Source: Trichoplax sp. H2 | Lineage: Eukaryota | Assembly (NCBI GenBank): GCA_003344405.1 | Contig: NOWV01000285.1 | Span: 1-64,000, forward strand | Reading direction: 5' to 3' | Length of the DNA stretch: 64,000 bases | In this document: positions 37,301 through 51,350 of the stretch, piece by piece | How positions within the stretch are numbered: the first letter of the stretch is position 1 | How the letters are laid out: every line of letters starts with the position of its first letter | Program-made: the position numbers and the translations under genes | Notes under the pieces: model-generated | Told to the model about the DNA's origin: nothing | What the model saw: the letters and a program-made list of their open reading frames with translations, nothing else | The model's database searches: none

Positions 37301-38187
37301 AGAACTACTACATCGAAAATATATATATTTTTTTTTACTAATCTTCGTCCTGATAAGTATTAGAGTTATGACTGAAGCAGAAAAGCATCGAACCATCATT
37401 TTACAAAACACGCAGCATAAATGACACGCTACAGTAATAATATCATTGTTGAGGTACCCGTACGAAAAATTCGTATATACGCGTACAGTAAGGAATTGAG
37501 GAAAGCAGGGCTTCAAATGATATGAGGAAGATATCCACTGGCACGTAAATATTACAGTATAGAATAGTTACATCTGCTACAATTAGTTAATTAAGCTAAT
37601 TTGCAGTGCTGTACATTGATAAGACTACAACAACCGAATTTTGAGTCTTGGGAAATGACAAAGAGTCAACTGAAATAAAGTTGCTGATAATATGCTGTGG
37701 TATAATTATATAATCGTTTGAACATCATGTACAGTAACGAGAAGTAAAAATACCCAGAAAACACCGATTCCTTCAATTTCCGCAACTAAGTAGTTTATAC
37801 CATTCATTAGCATGTTCGTTCTGTCAGGTGCACAGGAAAAATATCTTTCATACTTTATAATCTATTCTTACCTTGACGACCAACAATTTCAGCAACATGT
37901 TCAGAACTGGGTACAGGCACACATTCCGTAGTATTGCAGGACCTCCTTACACTACGAGCATCATTGCCACCATTTATATCCGAGAGGGGAGGCGTTTTAG
38001 AGTTAGGCTCATTTGGCGATTCGTCATCACTACTAAAACCTAGTATACTTAGATCCACCGCAAGCGAGATAGATTCATCATTTATCCCATTATTTCCACT
38101 TGCGGTTCCAACATTACTGCCATTCTGAAGGCAACCGTTACCTAACCTAGATTCCATGTCGGTTATATTAACTAACGAACTGGGCAT
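34315..38187 (-). CDS. MEX3: RNA-binding E3 ligase MEX3 (KH-KH-RING), 509 aa; coding exons 38187-37872 and 35528-34315
   Basis: Exon 1 ends [26 protein letters not shown]. Exon 2 starts [25 protein letters not shown], continues through KH2 [20 protein letters not shown], and ends with RING CAVC...[11 protein letters not shown]...CPAC. The splice is phase-1 and in frame (intron 35529-37871). Confidence 0.95.
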
Positions 38188-38193
38188 GGATTG

Positions 38194-38376
38194 CTACAGA
38201 AGATGTTTAGCTATTAAGATTTCACAGAACACAGAATGCTGTGTATCTCAGGTTTCTCGTTTACTCTAGCGTCTTTTTGACTCTAAGAATAATAGAAATA
38301 ATGAGTTAATTGAACTTATTTTATGCCCCCTTCTTCGAACAGGAAAATCTTGCAATTTTTATAAGTAAAATATTAC
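38194..38376 (-). other. Putative 5'-UTR intron of MEX3
   Basis: Donor CAG|GTAATA at 38376 and acceptor TCTGTAG| at 38194, 6 nt before the ATG. Confidence 0.4.
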
Positions 38377-40811
38377 CTGTTTGCGAACGCCGAAATTGGT
38401 GACTCTCTTCCCGGTCAAATAGCACAGTGGAAAAGAGAGACTACAGTATTGATATTATTATTTTCAAGTATAGTAATGGTCCAACTTTTCAAGTTGTTTG
38501 ATAGTACAGGTCAAAACTATTTCTGGACTCCAATACAATATATTAAAAGATAGTAGGGGATTTTTGTTTCAATCCTATCCAACCTTTTTCAAATTAAATA
38601 TTGCCTTTAAATTTTACTTAAGATCTGAAAAAAAGACCATAAACTTTGGTAAGTCTTTATTTAAGTAAGTATGCTATTACTAAACAAATTAGATTTTTAA
38701 TTAATTCAGATGTGGTATCGATATAGAAGTTAAGTGAAGAATTGATCAATTTTACAATATTTAAAAAATAAATCATTTACATCTACATCATCTAATAGGC
38801 TAACGGTAAATCCTACCCTAAGACTACAATCTTACACGTTGAAAGTTTACACACAGCAGAAATACGGTTCTTATTATCAATCCATCAACTATACTGTTCC
38901 ACAGATTATTGAGTAATAAGCTAGCGAGCGATCGGGACCATCATAGGGTACATCACGAAAGAGATACAACCGCTAAAGAAGTTGTAAATGTAGTGTAACT
39001 TTTTGACAATATAATATACACCTCATACTAGACACGTGTTATAAGGGTAATAAGGCCCCTAAATTTAGCCATGGTAATAGATTGAACGATTGAAGAAACA
39101 TTTTAAGGATCGAAACAATACTTGGTGATACGTAAGAATACGGGTAAGAAAACGGAGACGTTACGTAAAAAAAAATGGGCATTACAGCAATAATTAATTA
39201 GATTCAATGAATCGTTCCATTTGTTAAAATATAAAAGAAATATACCTGATTTAATATAAGGTGTATTGAATTTGAGTTAGAGAAAGTTTTATAACTTCTT
39301 CGCTTGCACACCTTAAATAGATTGTGCGGGCGATTTAATAGACATCCAAGGTAATATTGAGTATAAAAAATGACATTGTAAGATATGAAAAACTACGACG
39401 GTAAAATGGGTAACGTGCGACCAATTCTGAAACAGAGAACGTCAAGTCACGCTATCGTTCCAATTATTCATTTTATAAAGTTTTAGATTTATTAGACCAT
39501 GATAGCGTCTATTTCAATCATGATTGAAATAGTAACTGCTTCCGAGCAGTAGTACATTAGTGAAGCAAAAATAAACATGGAAAAAAAAAATCTACCATAG
39601 TCCATGTCACCATGTACGAGCACGAACAAAGTCGATACCTAACATCTACAATAATCTCATTCGTTACTAATTTAACCAACACTTTTGATTAAGCGTACGC
39701 TGACTGTGTTGCAAAAGCATGTATTGACACTGACACTACCGTAGCGTACGTACAGTACTGAACTGTACGTAGGTCGAAGTGACAAGCCGATCGTTTTAGT
39801 GGCGTTGAATCATGCTTTCATGGTAAGTTGAGTGTAAGTCTCAAGGTAAAAACCGCTTATTACTTTCTCTTCTTTGCAATAAGGGCAGTACTTTGCTGCT
39901 AACTATGAAAATTTTTCGCCTTGACTCCTTATCTGAATTGTAGTGGGCCGTATACATGCTCATAGTATTCAACTGGCTTTTTTAATTAACTATAGTCATC
40001 CAACGACGACGAGAGAATATTGAACTGTCAATTTTTATTTGGGGAAATCAACAGTACAGTATACTGTTCTTAGCAACTGTGAAAGAAAAACAAGGCAGAC
40101 TAAATGTGGCTTACTTTCTCAGAAATTACATCACTCTAAAGTCAAGCATAACGAAAATGGTAACATAGATACCAAGAAGGGTAATGTAAAGTTCACTGAC
40201 AACAGCAAGTAAAAATAATGGCACTTCACCATGCCATGAACAACTACGTACGCTCTTGTGAAAGTAAGTCTATTTGAAAATTTTTAAAGGTAGTAAAAGA
40301 ATCAATACGCATTTTCTCTTCCATTAATTTTCTTTACTTTTCGTAATGTACTTACCACAACCAATGTTTATTCGTTTGACTTGGAATCAGGAGAAAAAAA
40401 GGAACGTAAACTTACAAGTTGAAAAAATACAACACTAAATACGAACGACGACTTTTTCTGTCAATTTTAACTTAGCGTTTGCCGTAATAAGTAAGACTGC
40501 ACGACTGCAGTTATTAAACACAGTCGTTTGTACGCACTCAGCAACACGTCTTCAGACGAGAAAGGTATACAATAGAAGTCTCACACATGTACGCACGGTA
40601 CCAGCATTGTTCGTTCATCAAGTTTAGTACAGTACAGTACAGTCAATGAATAGTCGTCATCTATGTACGGTAATAATAATAATAGTAATAATAATGGTAA
40701 TAATAATACCCATAATAACAATGCAGTAATTGCAGTCTACAGCGAAGTATTGTAACTAAAGTGATTGATTTGTTATAGCCCGCCCCCTGCCACACTGCCG
40801 TGCCATTTTTT

Positions 40812-41070
40812 TACTGTACTGTACTGTACTGTACTGTATGGCTGACGATTACTGACGATGTACAGTACAGTACAGTACAGTACAGTACAGTCTGCACTGT
40901 ACACTGTACACTGTACAGTCGGTCAATCTTTCTGTTTTTGATCTCTGATACAGTACTGTACACTGTACAGTACAGTATGAACTGTAGGTTGTTGCTAAAG
41001 TCCAGTTGTCCAGTACTGCAGTACAGTACTGTACTTGATGACTGCTTTTTTTTCCGTACTGTACTGTCTG
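40812..41070. repeat. (ACTGT)n/(ACAGT)n pentamer cluster with inverted arrangement
   Basis: (ACTGT)5 at 40813-40837 and (TACAG)6 at 40861-40890, with further units to ~41070. A GC box (GCCCGCCCC) is at ~40778. Confidence 0.85.
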
Positions 41071-44000
41071 TTAGGACAGGTGTAAATTGGCAAGATTCCT
41101 GATCCCAGCTCCAAGTTATCATCACTTATCATGACTACTTCAAAGTGTAAATAGCTTGTGATTAGTAGAGCATCAGTATCCCTAGTACTAGCATTAGTAC
41201 AGTATAATATTGGATAGTAACATTTTGGACTTCTTTTTGATGACTTTATCACCTTAACACTTACTGTAGGCAGACCGTCAGAGGCTATGAGTACACAGTA
41301 GCGTAGTCAAGATTAATTAATTATGACTACAAATTTTGAGGAGCATGTGCTCTGTCAATGCCTTTATTTATTATTCTTATACAGTATGCCTACTGCAGAT
41401 TAATTTATGAGTAATATAGTAGAATTAAAACTGTATGAAAATACTGTACGTTAATAGCAGGGATTCTCGGTGTGCGGATAATGTGAAAATAGAAGTATTA
41501 CAAGGCATCAGCCTAGTCAAGGACATCGGTAAGGGCTTTCACCACGTTCGTAGCTCGTAGCAAAGAAGTGCGTGTACGCCTGTACGGGTCAATTAATTAT
41601 TGATGATTGATCCGCAAGAAACTCAACCTGCTACTCTAGTTGGCTACCGTACTGTGGCGTGTTTTAATACTGTACACTGTACAGTACAGTCATATCCATC
41701 AGCTCTCAACTCTTGAGTCACGTGGACACGAATCTACCGCTTTCATTGGTAAACTGTTTTATAAACAAAATATCATCTGTCAATATTCACATCAGGCACT
41801 GGCGCTTACTGTAGACTGTAGTACTGTATGTACAGTACTATAGTGTACAGTACTTTCACCAGAATTGGCTAAGTAATTAATGCTGTACTGAAAACACTGG
41901 TATCAATGAATAGAATTGCCTGCATCACAGCCATCGCAGTGAAAGGACCACTGGCTAGCTCAATTTTGGACTATTCCATTCTCCATGACTTGATGAAATG
42001 GAAAACTCCAAGCTAATAAAAATCATAAAGCATAATTAACATCGTAAATTTTGATCAACTTCTGAAATGAGATCATTTGCTTTCTCATTTCACACGATTT
42101 CATATCTGACTCTTTAAATTACTATATATATTAGTTACCCTTTTAAGTGCCTACAGTCATATTTCCTAGTACTGCGTTCTACAGCTCTAGCTAATTATGT
42201 TAGCTAGTTGATTAGCTATGGCGACAATATTAACAATTTCCATGACTGCATAACTCAACTGCTTTCCTCAAAATGATTGTTAGAGTCAATGGCATCATCG
42301 AACCATGAGTAGCTAAGAACGATAATGTTTTGAAGCTGGCGTTACCCATTAATTCATGCTGTTGGCAACATCTTCCAATAAGTTATGGATTTACGATATA
42401 ATAATATACCGTAGAAAGAATAATCGTTACTGAGCTATTGATGATAATTACGTCGGTGTTGGTTTTATTTAATTGAAGCTCTATTTGATTTCATCACTGG
42501 CTTTGAATATCGCTTGTCTTATGCCACCGTCATTTACATGCAGGGATGGTTACTCATTTAATCTTCAGTGACTTAAGGTAGCTCTCTGTTGACTCAGGTT
42601 TTATATTTCTCTGCTTAAAATACATTTCTCACCTTATTCTATTCATAAGGGTAATATCACGCCCATTCATCTAATCTGCTTTAACAGCAGCCTCATCGAC
42701 TAGAAGAATTCGTTTTAGAAGTTAATTAAAATATAATCATCTATGTAGTGCGTGTGAGAAAGATGTAGGTATAAACACAAATGCATACGCAATGCTACGT
42801 CATTAAAGTTAGGGTCCTCTAGTTACAAAAATAGCTCATTCAAAAAATAATATCATAAGTTGGAGAGTATTTTTAATCCACAGCAACAACTACATGAGGC
42901 TTATACATTTACCCGTGACTAACATCTTACAAACAATGTAGCCTTTTTTGTCATACATATCAAGCCAATTTATTCCCTCTAGACAAGAGAAATTCAAACG
43001 TCGAAGCTAGCAGGTAATTATCTACCCCCACAGCATGTGAATGGCATCATGCCACGACCAACAAATAATAGAGTGGAAAGAAAGGAATTGAATCAATGAC
43101 GAGCTTACCTGACCTATAGTACAGTATCTACGATGCACTCTAATTATATCCTTCGTTTCTATTCGATACATCATGCATAGATTGGTTGATATTTATATTA
43201 TGTTCTAGAATCCATCATTCTTGCTATAAAACGATTGCAGATAATAAAAAATTGTAACAATAGTTAGAAGAGGAGGAGAATAATGTTTAAATAAATGGGC
43301 AAGTTGATCCATCAACTTTCTACTTTAGCCCTCCCACTGCGACTTTGTTGAATTAGAGCTGAGAAAAAAACAAAAAGAAAGAGAATATAAATGCAACTCT
43401 TAGTTCAATTATTGTATTGACTTGAAGGCGACAAAATACTGTTGAAATCGTTCCAGTCGTAACTAACTGTAGCTATTTATTGATTATTGTAAAGCCAGGA
43501 CAATTTCATCAACACCCATAGACAGCGTATCAAGAATTTTATTGTTATCAAGCCATTCTTGCATCTTCGACTATGATTCTTATGCTAATTATTTTGTCAA
43601 CTCTACTTCATGAATTAATAAAAATAGACTGTAAGTGCATGTATATTCAAATACTATTTGATTATCATCGCGTCAATACTACCACCAAACCCAGAAAAAA
43701 ATCGCTACCATTATCAACAAACTTCTAGATTTGTTTTTTCTTGTTTTTGTTTTAAAATTACTATTGTATAAAATTATAATCGTCAAAGTCTATTTGACAT
43801 CCCTATACATTCCTCCATAGCAATGACTTATCGATAAGATTAATCTTAATTCGAAAGGTCATGGACATAAAATAGGACTGATAATTAAATTTGGCTGTAT
43901 ATCATTGAATGATCGATTAGGTTATACTTTCCACAATCGTGATATGAAAGGAATTTAGCTTTAAAATACATCAGTGAGTTTATTCAGTATTATTAAAATT

Positions 44001-47000
44001 CATTTTAGAAATACATATGTATCTTATCTTAATATTTAACCTATTGTCGCTACCACAGTAATCAATCTAATTTCGTCTTTAATATCAAACAAACAAACTG
44101 TCAAGTTTATTAAAAAGTCAAAATTGATTGCATATAACGTATATGATTCCGTTATTAATATTCGTGGATATTACGTATTATTATTTGATAATGACCACGA
44201 TATGGATAAAATATGTACACAAAATGTAAAAGATGATTTTAGTACTGCATAGTATTCTTCCGTTAATAGTACAAGTAGAAGGAAAGAAAGGGAGTTGATC
44301 GAAAAAGACGACAATCAACATCATTAGAAGTTAAAAGACAATGCTCTATAAATACAATGATGAGTAATAGAAAGAATATGAATATCATCATTAACTGTTA
44401 AGAATGTCTACAGGTAGAAATTAAAAAGTAATATCTAAATGATGATAATTGAGCAATATCCTGGCGTGACCGGTAGAATCGATCGCGGTACATCATATCT
44501 TTAACGACATTATCTTGATGTGTAGATCTATCATCGATGACTGTACATTATATACCATTAATTACACTTTTCCCCATTAAAGCATGAAGGACGGCATGAT
44601 CCATCGACTGATTTGACAAGGTGTCAATCAGTTGATTATTGATTACTTTTAATGGATGGGAACAAAAACCAACCTACACAACAGCTTTATTGTTGTTGTT
44701 ATTAACAGCAAAATCTAGATATAGTTTTCGAACAAAACTATCAATCTCATTCTTTAACGTTATTTTCCATCCTATCCTATTTTACGGTCATTTTCAGCAG
44801 ATGATATATAATTTGACCAACATCAATCAGTTATTGATTCAAATTTATTATTTTCCTTTTTCTCCTACATTGTGAAATCAGATTATATTATTTATTTCCT
44901 TACCCATTCAATAGCAACATATGAGTTAACATATATTGGATTGGCAATATATCCAATCACCATTCATTGTGGTTTATTTCCTTTAAAGTATTCAAGACGA
45001 TAAAATCAGACTCTGATAAGTTAATATCATTACTATTCTCATTCAAAATAACTAAGCTAAGTTGATACTATTTTTTTACTCAGTTGCTTGTTAATAATAA
45101 GGTGTCCTTCTCTTGTTTTAAAATCCTAAAAATACTCATCTATCCCGCTGTGAATGATTACTTAACAAACAAGCGGACATCTTCTGCACTGCAGATGGTT
45201 ATATTCATACAGGCTAAGGCTATATGCAGTCCTGTAGAATAGCAATCAATAGATGAAGCTAATAACTATAATGAACTATCAAATCACCTCTGTTTTTATT
45301 CAATAAAGTATGACACATTGCAACTAATATCAGGTAGCATTCATAACACCATTATTAGTGTGAATATATTAGTAATAATATCTATCATCTCTTAATCATC
45401 TGTATTTGCTAAATAGGATTCTTATTACATGACGAAAATAGATATTATTCCACTATGAATGATAAGAAAGAACATAATCTAATATTACCTATAAATAGAT
45501 AGATCAATAGTAACATAAAAATTGATAATCAAGTTATTGAGTCGATTGGAACAGTATTAAAAAAGGAGAAATATGTTAGATATCGGTAATCCAATCTATT
45601 ACTAAATTAATTAGAGATTGCATAGCTACATTGCTCATTAATATTTGTAGCCATGAATAACCAAGATTCTTTAATTAAGTGAATCAAAATGTTTAAATAA
45701 TATTCAATATGATGATTAAGTTATTGCCAGCTGTAATTAAATAGCAGTCAACAATTTACTAATCACATCAATTTTCATATAAGTATTGTAACGGTAGTAA
45801 CTTAATGTGGGGTAATATTACCAATGATAGAAAGGAATCTAAATTGCTGGGATTCTAGAAACTGTTATCATTCAACACTGCATCATTGAATGATTATAAT
45901 TAGGATTATTGACAATTTGATAGGTTAATATTAGTGAGGCCTGTCTTGTTGTCTTATTGGCAAGTTTATTTAGTTATGTCGGCATGTTTTTTTCTTCTCT
46001 TTCTGTCTTTATTGATATAGTGCATATCATTATGTATACAAGTATGAGACAGTTGAAGACAATCAATTATTCCATGAGTATACAGACATGCAATGATTAA
46101 TTAACTCCTATTATTAACTTGATCAATCGTCTTCTTTCAACAAAACTTGAATTAGACCGCCTAGTATTCATTTCTAAATAATTACATTAACCAAAGTGGA
46201 ATAAATATGTGTAGACCAAAAATTTTTAAAATGATAGATTCGATTAAATTATCAATTTGACGTAAACGCACACATTACATTTATTTTTTATTTAATCTCA
46301 ACAAGCTTACGAATTACTCAACGTGGCAGCGTCGTAGATCTTACAGTATCCGCCATTTCTAAAAGTTGATTTATCTTAATTCTAATACTAGTATAGTAAG
46401 GTATAAATTTGCATATCATCATGAATCACCTTTTCTTTTTTTCGTTCTCTCCTTGCCTCTGTTAATCAAGTCTTCATCATATTGAACTAGTATACTTTCT
46501 AATTTGGAAGACTATTTGTTTATCTAAGAACATAAGGCCTTTTCCCTTCTATTCTTTACCCCCTCCTACTCGTTGCCTCCTCCTCCTTCTCTCCATCCCC
46601 TTCTCTCATACTCAGATTCACTTCTATAACTTACTTCTTCTCGCCTCTTCTCACATCTTATAGAATTACGATATTGTCATGCAGAGACAATAGGTAAACA
46701 ACTTTATTACATAAGGTCATCGCAATAAATCGAACTAATTGAATTAAATTGAATTGTAATCGCTTTTTACTATTAGCTGGTTCAGGTAAATAACAAAAAA
46801 TATTATTGATCAAGTCGTACCATTAATCCAATTTATTATCACCCAAATCATCTAAAAAAATAAAAATGGAATCCTTTGACATCGCGATTTAGACCATAGA
46901 ATATTAGGAATAAAATAATAAAAATAAGATTAGAGGTGGAAAATTGGAAATAACCATCAGTATCACTGATGCCGCAGTACGGTAGATATTTCAATAATCG

Positions 47001-50000
47001 ATCATAATAATAGATGATTTCTAATATCAAGAATTAAAGTGTTATTCCAATAATCGACTGCCAAACCAGGGAAATAATGGTCCAGAAGACAAATTCAGAA
47101 TATATATAAAACTATTTTGACTGGTTAAAGTTGATGTAAAAGATTAGAGTTAGCGTTATGCTGTTGCAGAAGCGATCTCATTTTCAACGGCGATCACTGA
47201 TCACTAATAATATCTAAAATTTTAAGTTTTATATTTCATCTATATGATATGAAAAATTTAATTGCACCTCACTCAATGATCATCCCTATTGTAACTAACA
47301 AATAATATTATTTACTTGTATACAATAATATAATAATTTCTAATAACCTGACAAAAATGATTGATGTTGAAATACATACTGAATTTTTAATGAAATAAGG
47401 ATAAAATTTCATCATGCCTTTATTAAGTGAATCTAAAAAGAAATACTAACAAACGTAGAAGCAGTCATATCGAAAAATATAACCGTAAATAATGCAGTTC
47501 GAGCAAGTGAGCATGCGAAAAGCTATGATTAGTCAATGATATTACAAATTATTCAAATTGGAATAAATGTAATAAAGAATAAATTACTATAAATTGTAAA
47601 CATATAAATATATATGTAAATTCTAGGAAATTTGATAACATCATTACTAAAATCATCAGAGCAATAGAACAACGGAACTAGTATTTTCAATTGCAGTAAA
47701 TCAAGTCGATTAATAAAAGCTACGTTAATATGACTTTGTAATAATAATATTTTTAAAATTATGTAATTAAGAACGCATGTATTAGGAAGAGTGTTATCAT
47801 TAATATTTCAATGTTGGTGGTAATTTCGGTTTTGTTGTCATTTAAACTATTTGTTCACTTCTGCTATAGTTTCATTATCAGTATTAATGTTATAGTAATA
47901 AATGAAATCTGCTTATCAAATAGATAACAACAACGGATAATCATAACCAGGAAAAACAAAAATAGTCTAGCGAACAAACCTTATGATAAAGTTATAGTAT
48001 TATATTTTTTAAAGTTATTGTTATAATACATTATCAGTAAATTCTATACAAACTTGGGTAAAATCTCATTACTTAAACGAATATTCTAAACATAAAAACG
48101 TAACCACAATAATAGATGATAGTTTATAATATATATTTGACATAATAATAGATTTATAATTACAGTTAGACACCAAAAGGGTCATTTGAGAATTAGTAGT
48201 TTTAGTATTAACTACTGTATGTGCAGTCACAATGTAATAGTACTAACTATATTCATTTTCTATTATTATATGTTAAGTAAGCTATACGTATTATCTTCAA
48301 TGTAAGTAGTTTTTACTTTAAATTTGTATGCTGAATTGGTACTGAAAAAGCTAAAAATATTCAAAAAAGAAACAATAAATGATAAAGGATAAATAATATA
48401 ATAAACCATCGATATCCAGTTGGGAAAAATTAGTCAATCAACTTGAATAATAATGCTAGCAGTAAAGATATTAATTAAAGAATTTTCGTAAAGCATAAGA
48501 TTTAGAACTGTACATTTCGACTGAACGACGATGAAGCATTTACATATTTAGTAAACTATATGAATTAAATAGGCATGCAAATAAATATCTATTCGTCAAG
48601 CATATTGTGATATTATGATAACATCATTCTTATATATTCCGTATTTCTCAATAAAGTAATTTGAGGGATAGGAATGAAATTTTAAATAAATAACGTTATA
48701 TTTAGCTTAATTGATAGTATAATTAATATAGATCATTAAAATTATAATACTATTGATAATCTGGTTATAGATCGAGCAATTGACGTATTTCAAATACTCT
48801 ATTTCTAGTCAGTAGAGTTAGTGTTGCGCTTATTTAAAACCATCTAATGTTAGTAATATTTTAGAAAGTTTCTAAGGTTGAAGGCTATCAATAATGTAAT
48901 TTAAGCAAATTAAATGCATTGTTTTTTCCAATCAAGGTAGCTTTTTCGTTATGATATAATCTAACTTGAACTATAACAACAATGACTACCTTCGACGTAT
49001 ACGAAAAGGTTTCATACTGCCGTACAGCCCAAAGAATTAGCTTAAGATTAAAGTTTGAAAGATTGTACGAATACAGGTCAAGCTATTCGTTGGATTGTAA
49101 AATTGTGCATAATCCTGTAACCAGTCATATATAAATCGTACATAAATGATTGAAAGCAATTAGCTCTTGGTGCTGTTAGACGAACCAATTTTATGTAATA
49201 AAGTGAACATTTACAAGAAATAGCAGTTCTTGCTACAATATTTTGAATACACTTTATCCAACATACCCACATATACTTAGAAATATTTAAAAGTCTAATT
49301 AAAAATATTACTAGAAATACCAAATAGTGTAAACATATATAGCGAAGGGATGATGTCTATAATTATGATAACTATATTGATGACTGCTATATTATTTGTT
49401 TATAACCGCTGATCAGCCTCTACAGTTTTGTATGAATCCAACCTGTATAATTGTGTAAGGATGCGAGATGTGCGTATGCGAATCTATCAAATATGCTGTT
49501 TAATAATTTCTACTAGTAAATATGTAATATTAAAATGAACAGAAAATAACCCAGTGATGCAGTTTTAATCTAGTAGTAAAGATGCGAAAGTTACTTGCAT
49601 AGTAAATTGATAGAGTATATATTTGATGTAGAAACATACGTTCTTTGAGTTTGTGATCGATGAAAGTAAATTATATGTACGGTACAGCAGATCATCTACA
49701 ATTCTACATCTCCTATGGGAATAATTTAAGACATAGATAACTTTGTTTTATATAATGAAATCTATATCAGGTCTACCTTTCCTTCATAAATTGATACTAA
49801 ATTATACCACTAACAGATACAATTAGATGACATCAGAGGATAATATTACCACATAATATTATTTTTTGGTATCAACCTGGAGCGGGTTACTTTATAAGGT
49901 TGACAATACTTGCTATTCTTTCTTCCTTTTAGTGCAATTTAATATATTCTAGAAAACCTAAAATTAAATTATTACTTGCTAGGTTATAATCACAGGTATC

Positions 50001-51189
50001 ATACATAATTAGATTATATTCATTCCAGTAAATTACAATCAATCTTTAATTATAACTGCTGTTCAATACGCCTATGTCAAATAGTATTTCAGAAAAAGAT
50101 AAGAGCCAGAGAATTCGAAAACTTTAATGAATCAATTTACTTTTTGGTAATTTACAATAACACCTCAGTTGCTGGTAAATGAAGATTATATAAAAATTGT
50201 TTAAACTGTAACCAGCTTGAATAATTTGGTAGTGATTTTCGGCCAGAAAGTAATTATTTATCGTTACAAACGAAGGCTGATAGCGAGTCACAAATTTGTT
50301 TCATTTTTTATCATATTTACCATGATAACTTTATAAGAAATTCATAAATTAATTATTAATTTCACGCATTGATAATTTCAACCTAATGATACCTCATTGC
50401 AATTGATATCGATTATTCTTGGCAACAACCATGATAATTTAATTCAGATAGTTTTATAGTATCATAAATCTCTAAATAACTCTCTTTTAGCACTATTGCT
50501 TTCATATCAGGCGTAACTTTCTACGTCAGTTCTGATTAATTATCATTTTAAAATCAGGAACATCGATCACTGTATTACATGATGCTTTCACATCGACTAA
50601 TCAATCATCTCTTGAAGCTATATCCATATTGATATTTAAATTCAAAAAAGTCTTTCAGTACGATAATATCTTACAATAGCTGCTTAATATAGTTGTAAAT
50701 TTCTTTTGCACTACATGATTCTCCACTACTCTGGAATATGTTTTCTTCATAACAATTACTTTTAATCATCTATCTGATACAACTATTTGTGACAAAAAAC
50801 CTTAATTCAAAATGTAGATAAAGTTTTGAAGAAAAGCAATTTAGGTATCGTGCTATAGTAACTCTTTCCGCAAAATCTATTAAAAAAAGGTTAATTGTTT
50901 AGCAATTTTATTAATTAATGACAGCGAAATGTAACTGCTTCTAAGAAATTTATCATTGTTTTTATTAATATTTATATACCTTGAAAAGCCTTTTTAATAT
51001 TAAAAGCTCTTCCCAAGGGTATTTTCATAAATTGAGATTTGCTTAAAAGAGAGAAATAGTAAAGTATATAGTAGCTACACAGCATTATTAGGTCTCCTAG
51101 TAATATATTTCCTTCGCAGAATAGTCCGATAAAGATACACTCATATGGTATGATTAAAAATATGGATGCAATATACAATAGCTAGTAGT

Positions 51190-51345
51190 GAATAAAATTC
51201 AATCAACCTAAATTCCTATCATTTGACTCAATTCTTTAGTATTGGAATGGGTTAGTTCCCTTATAGGAACGTCCCGAAGTTAGTCGGAGATTAAGTAGGG
51301 TAGATAGACTAGTTTAGGTCCGATCACGAAAGCTATTTTGTGACA
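51190..51345 (+). mobile_element. 3' portion of an LTR related to 29113-29496
   Basis: AATAAAA...ACCTAAATT...CGATCACGAAAGCTATTTTGTGACA matches the end of the 29-kb LTR (CGATCACGAAAGCTGTTTTGTGACA). The 5' end is not resolved. Confidence 0.6.
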
Positions 51346-51350
51346 CTACC

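Noticed and set aside
40800..41252. 100/104/85-aa ORFs rich in VQYST/TVLYC
   Set aside because: Artefacts of translating the pentamer repeat.
42630..42700. Minus-strand exon-like segment with good splice sites
   Set aside because: It has stops in all three frames; at most a non-coding exon, unsupported.
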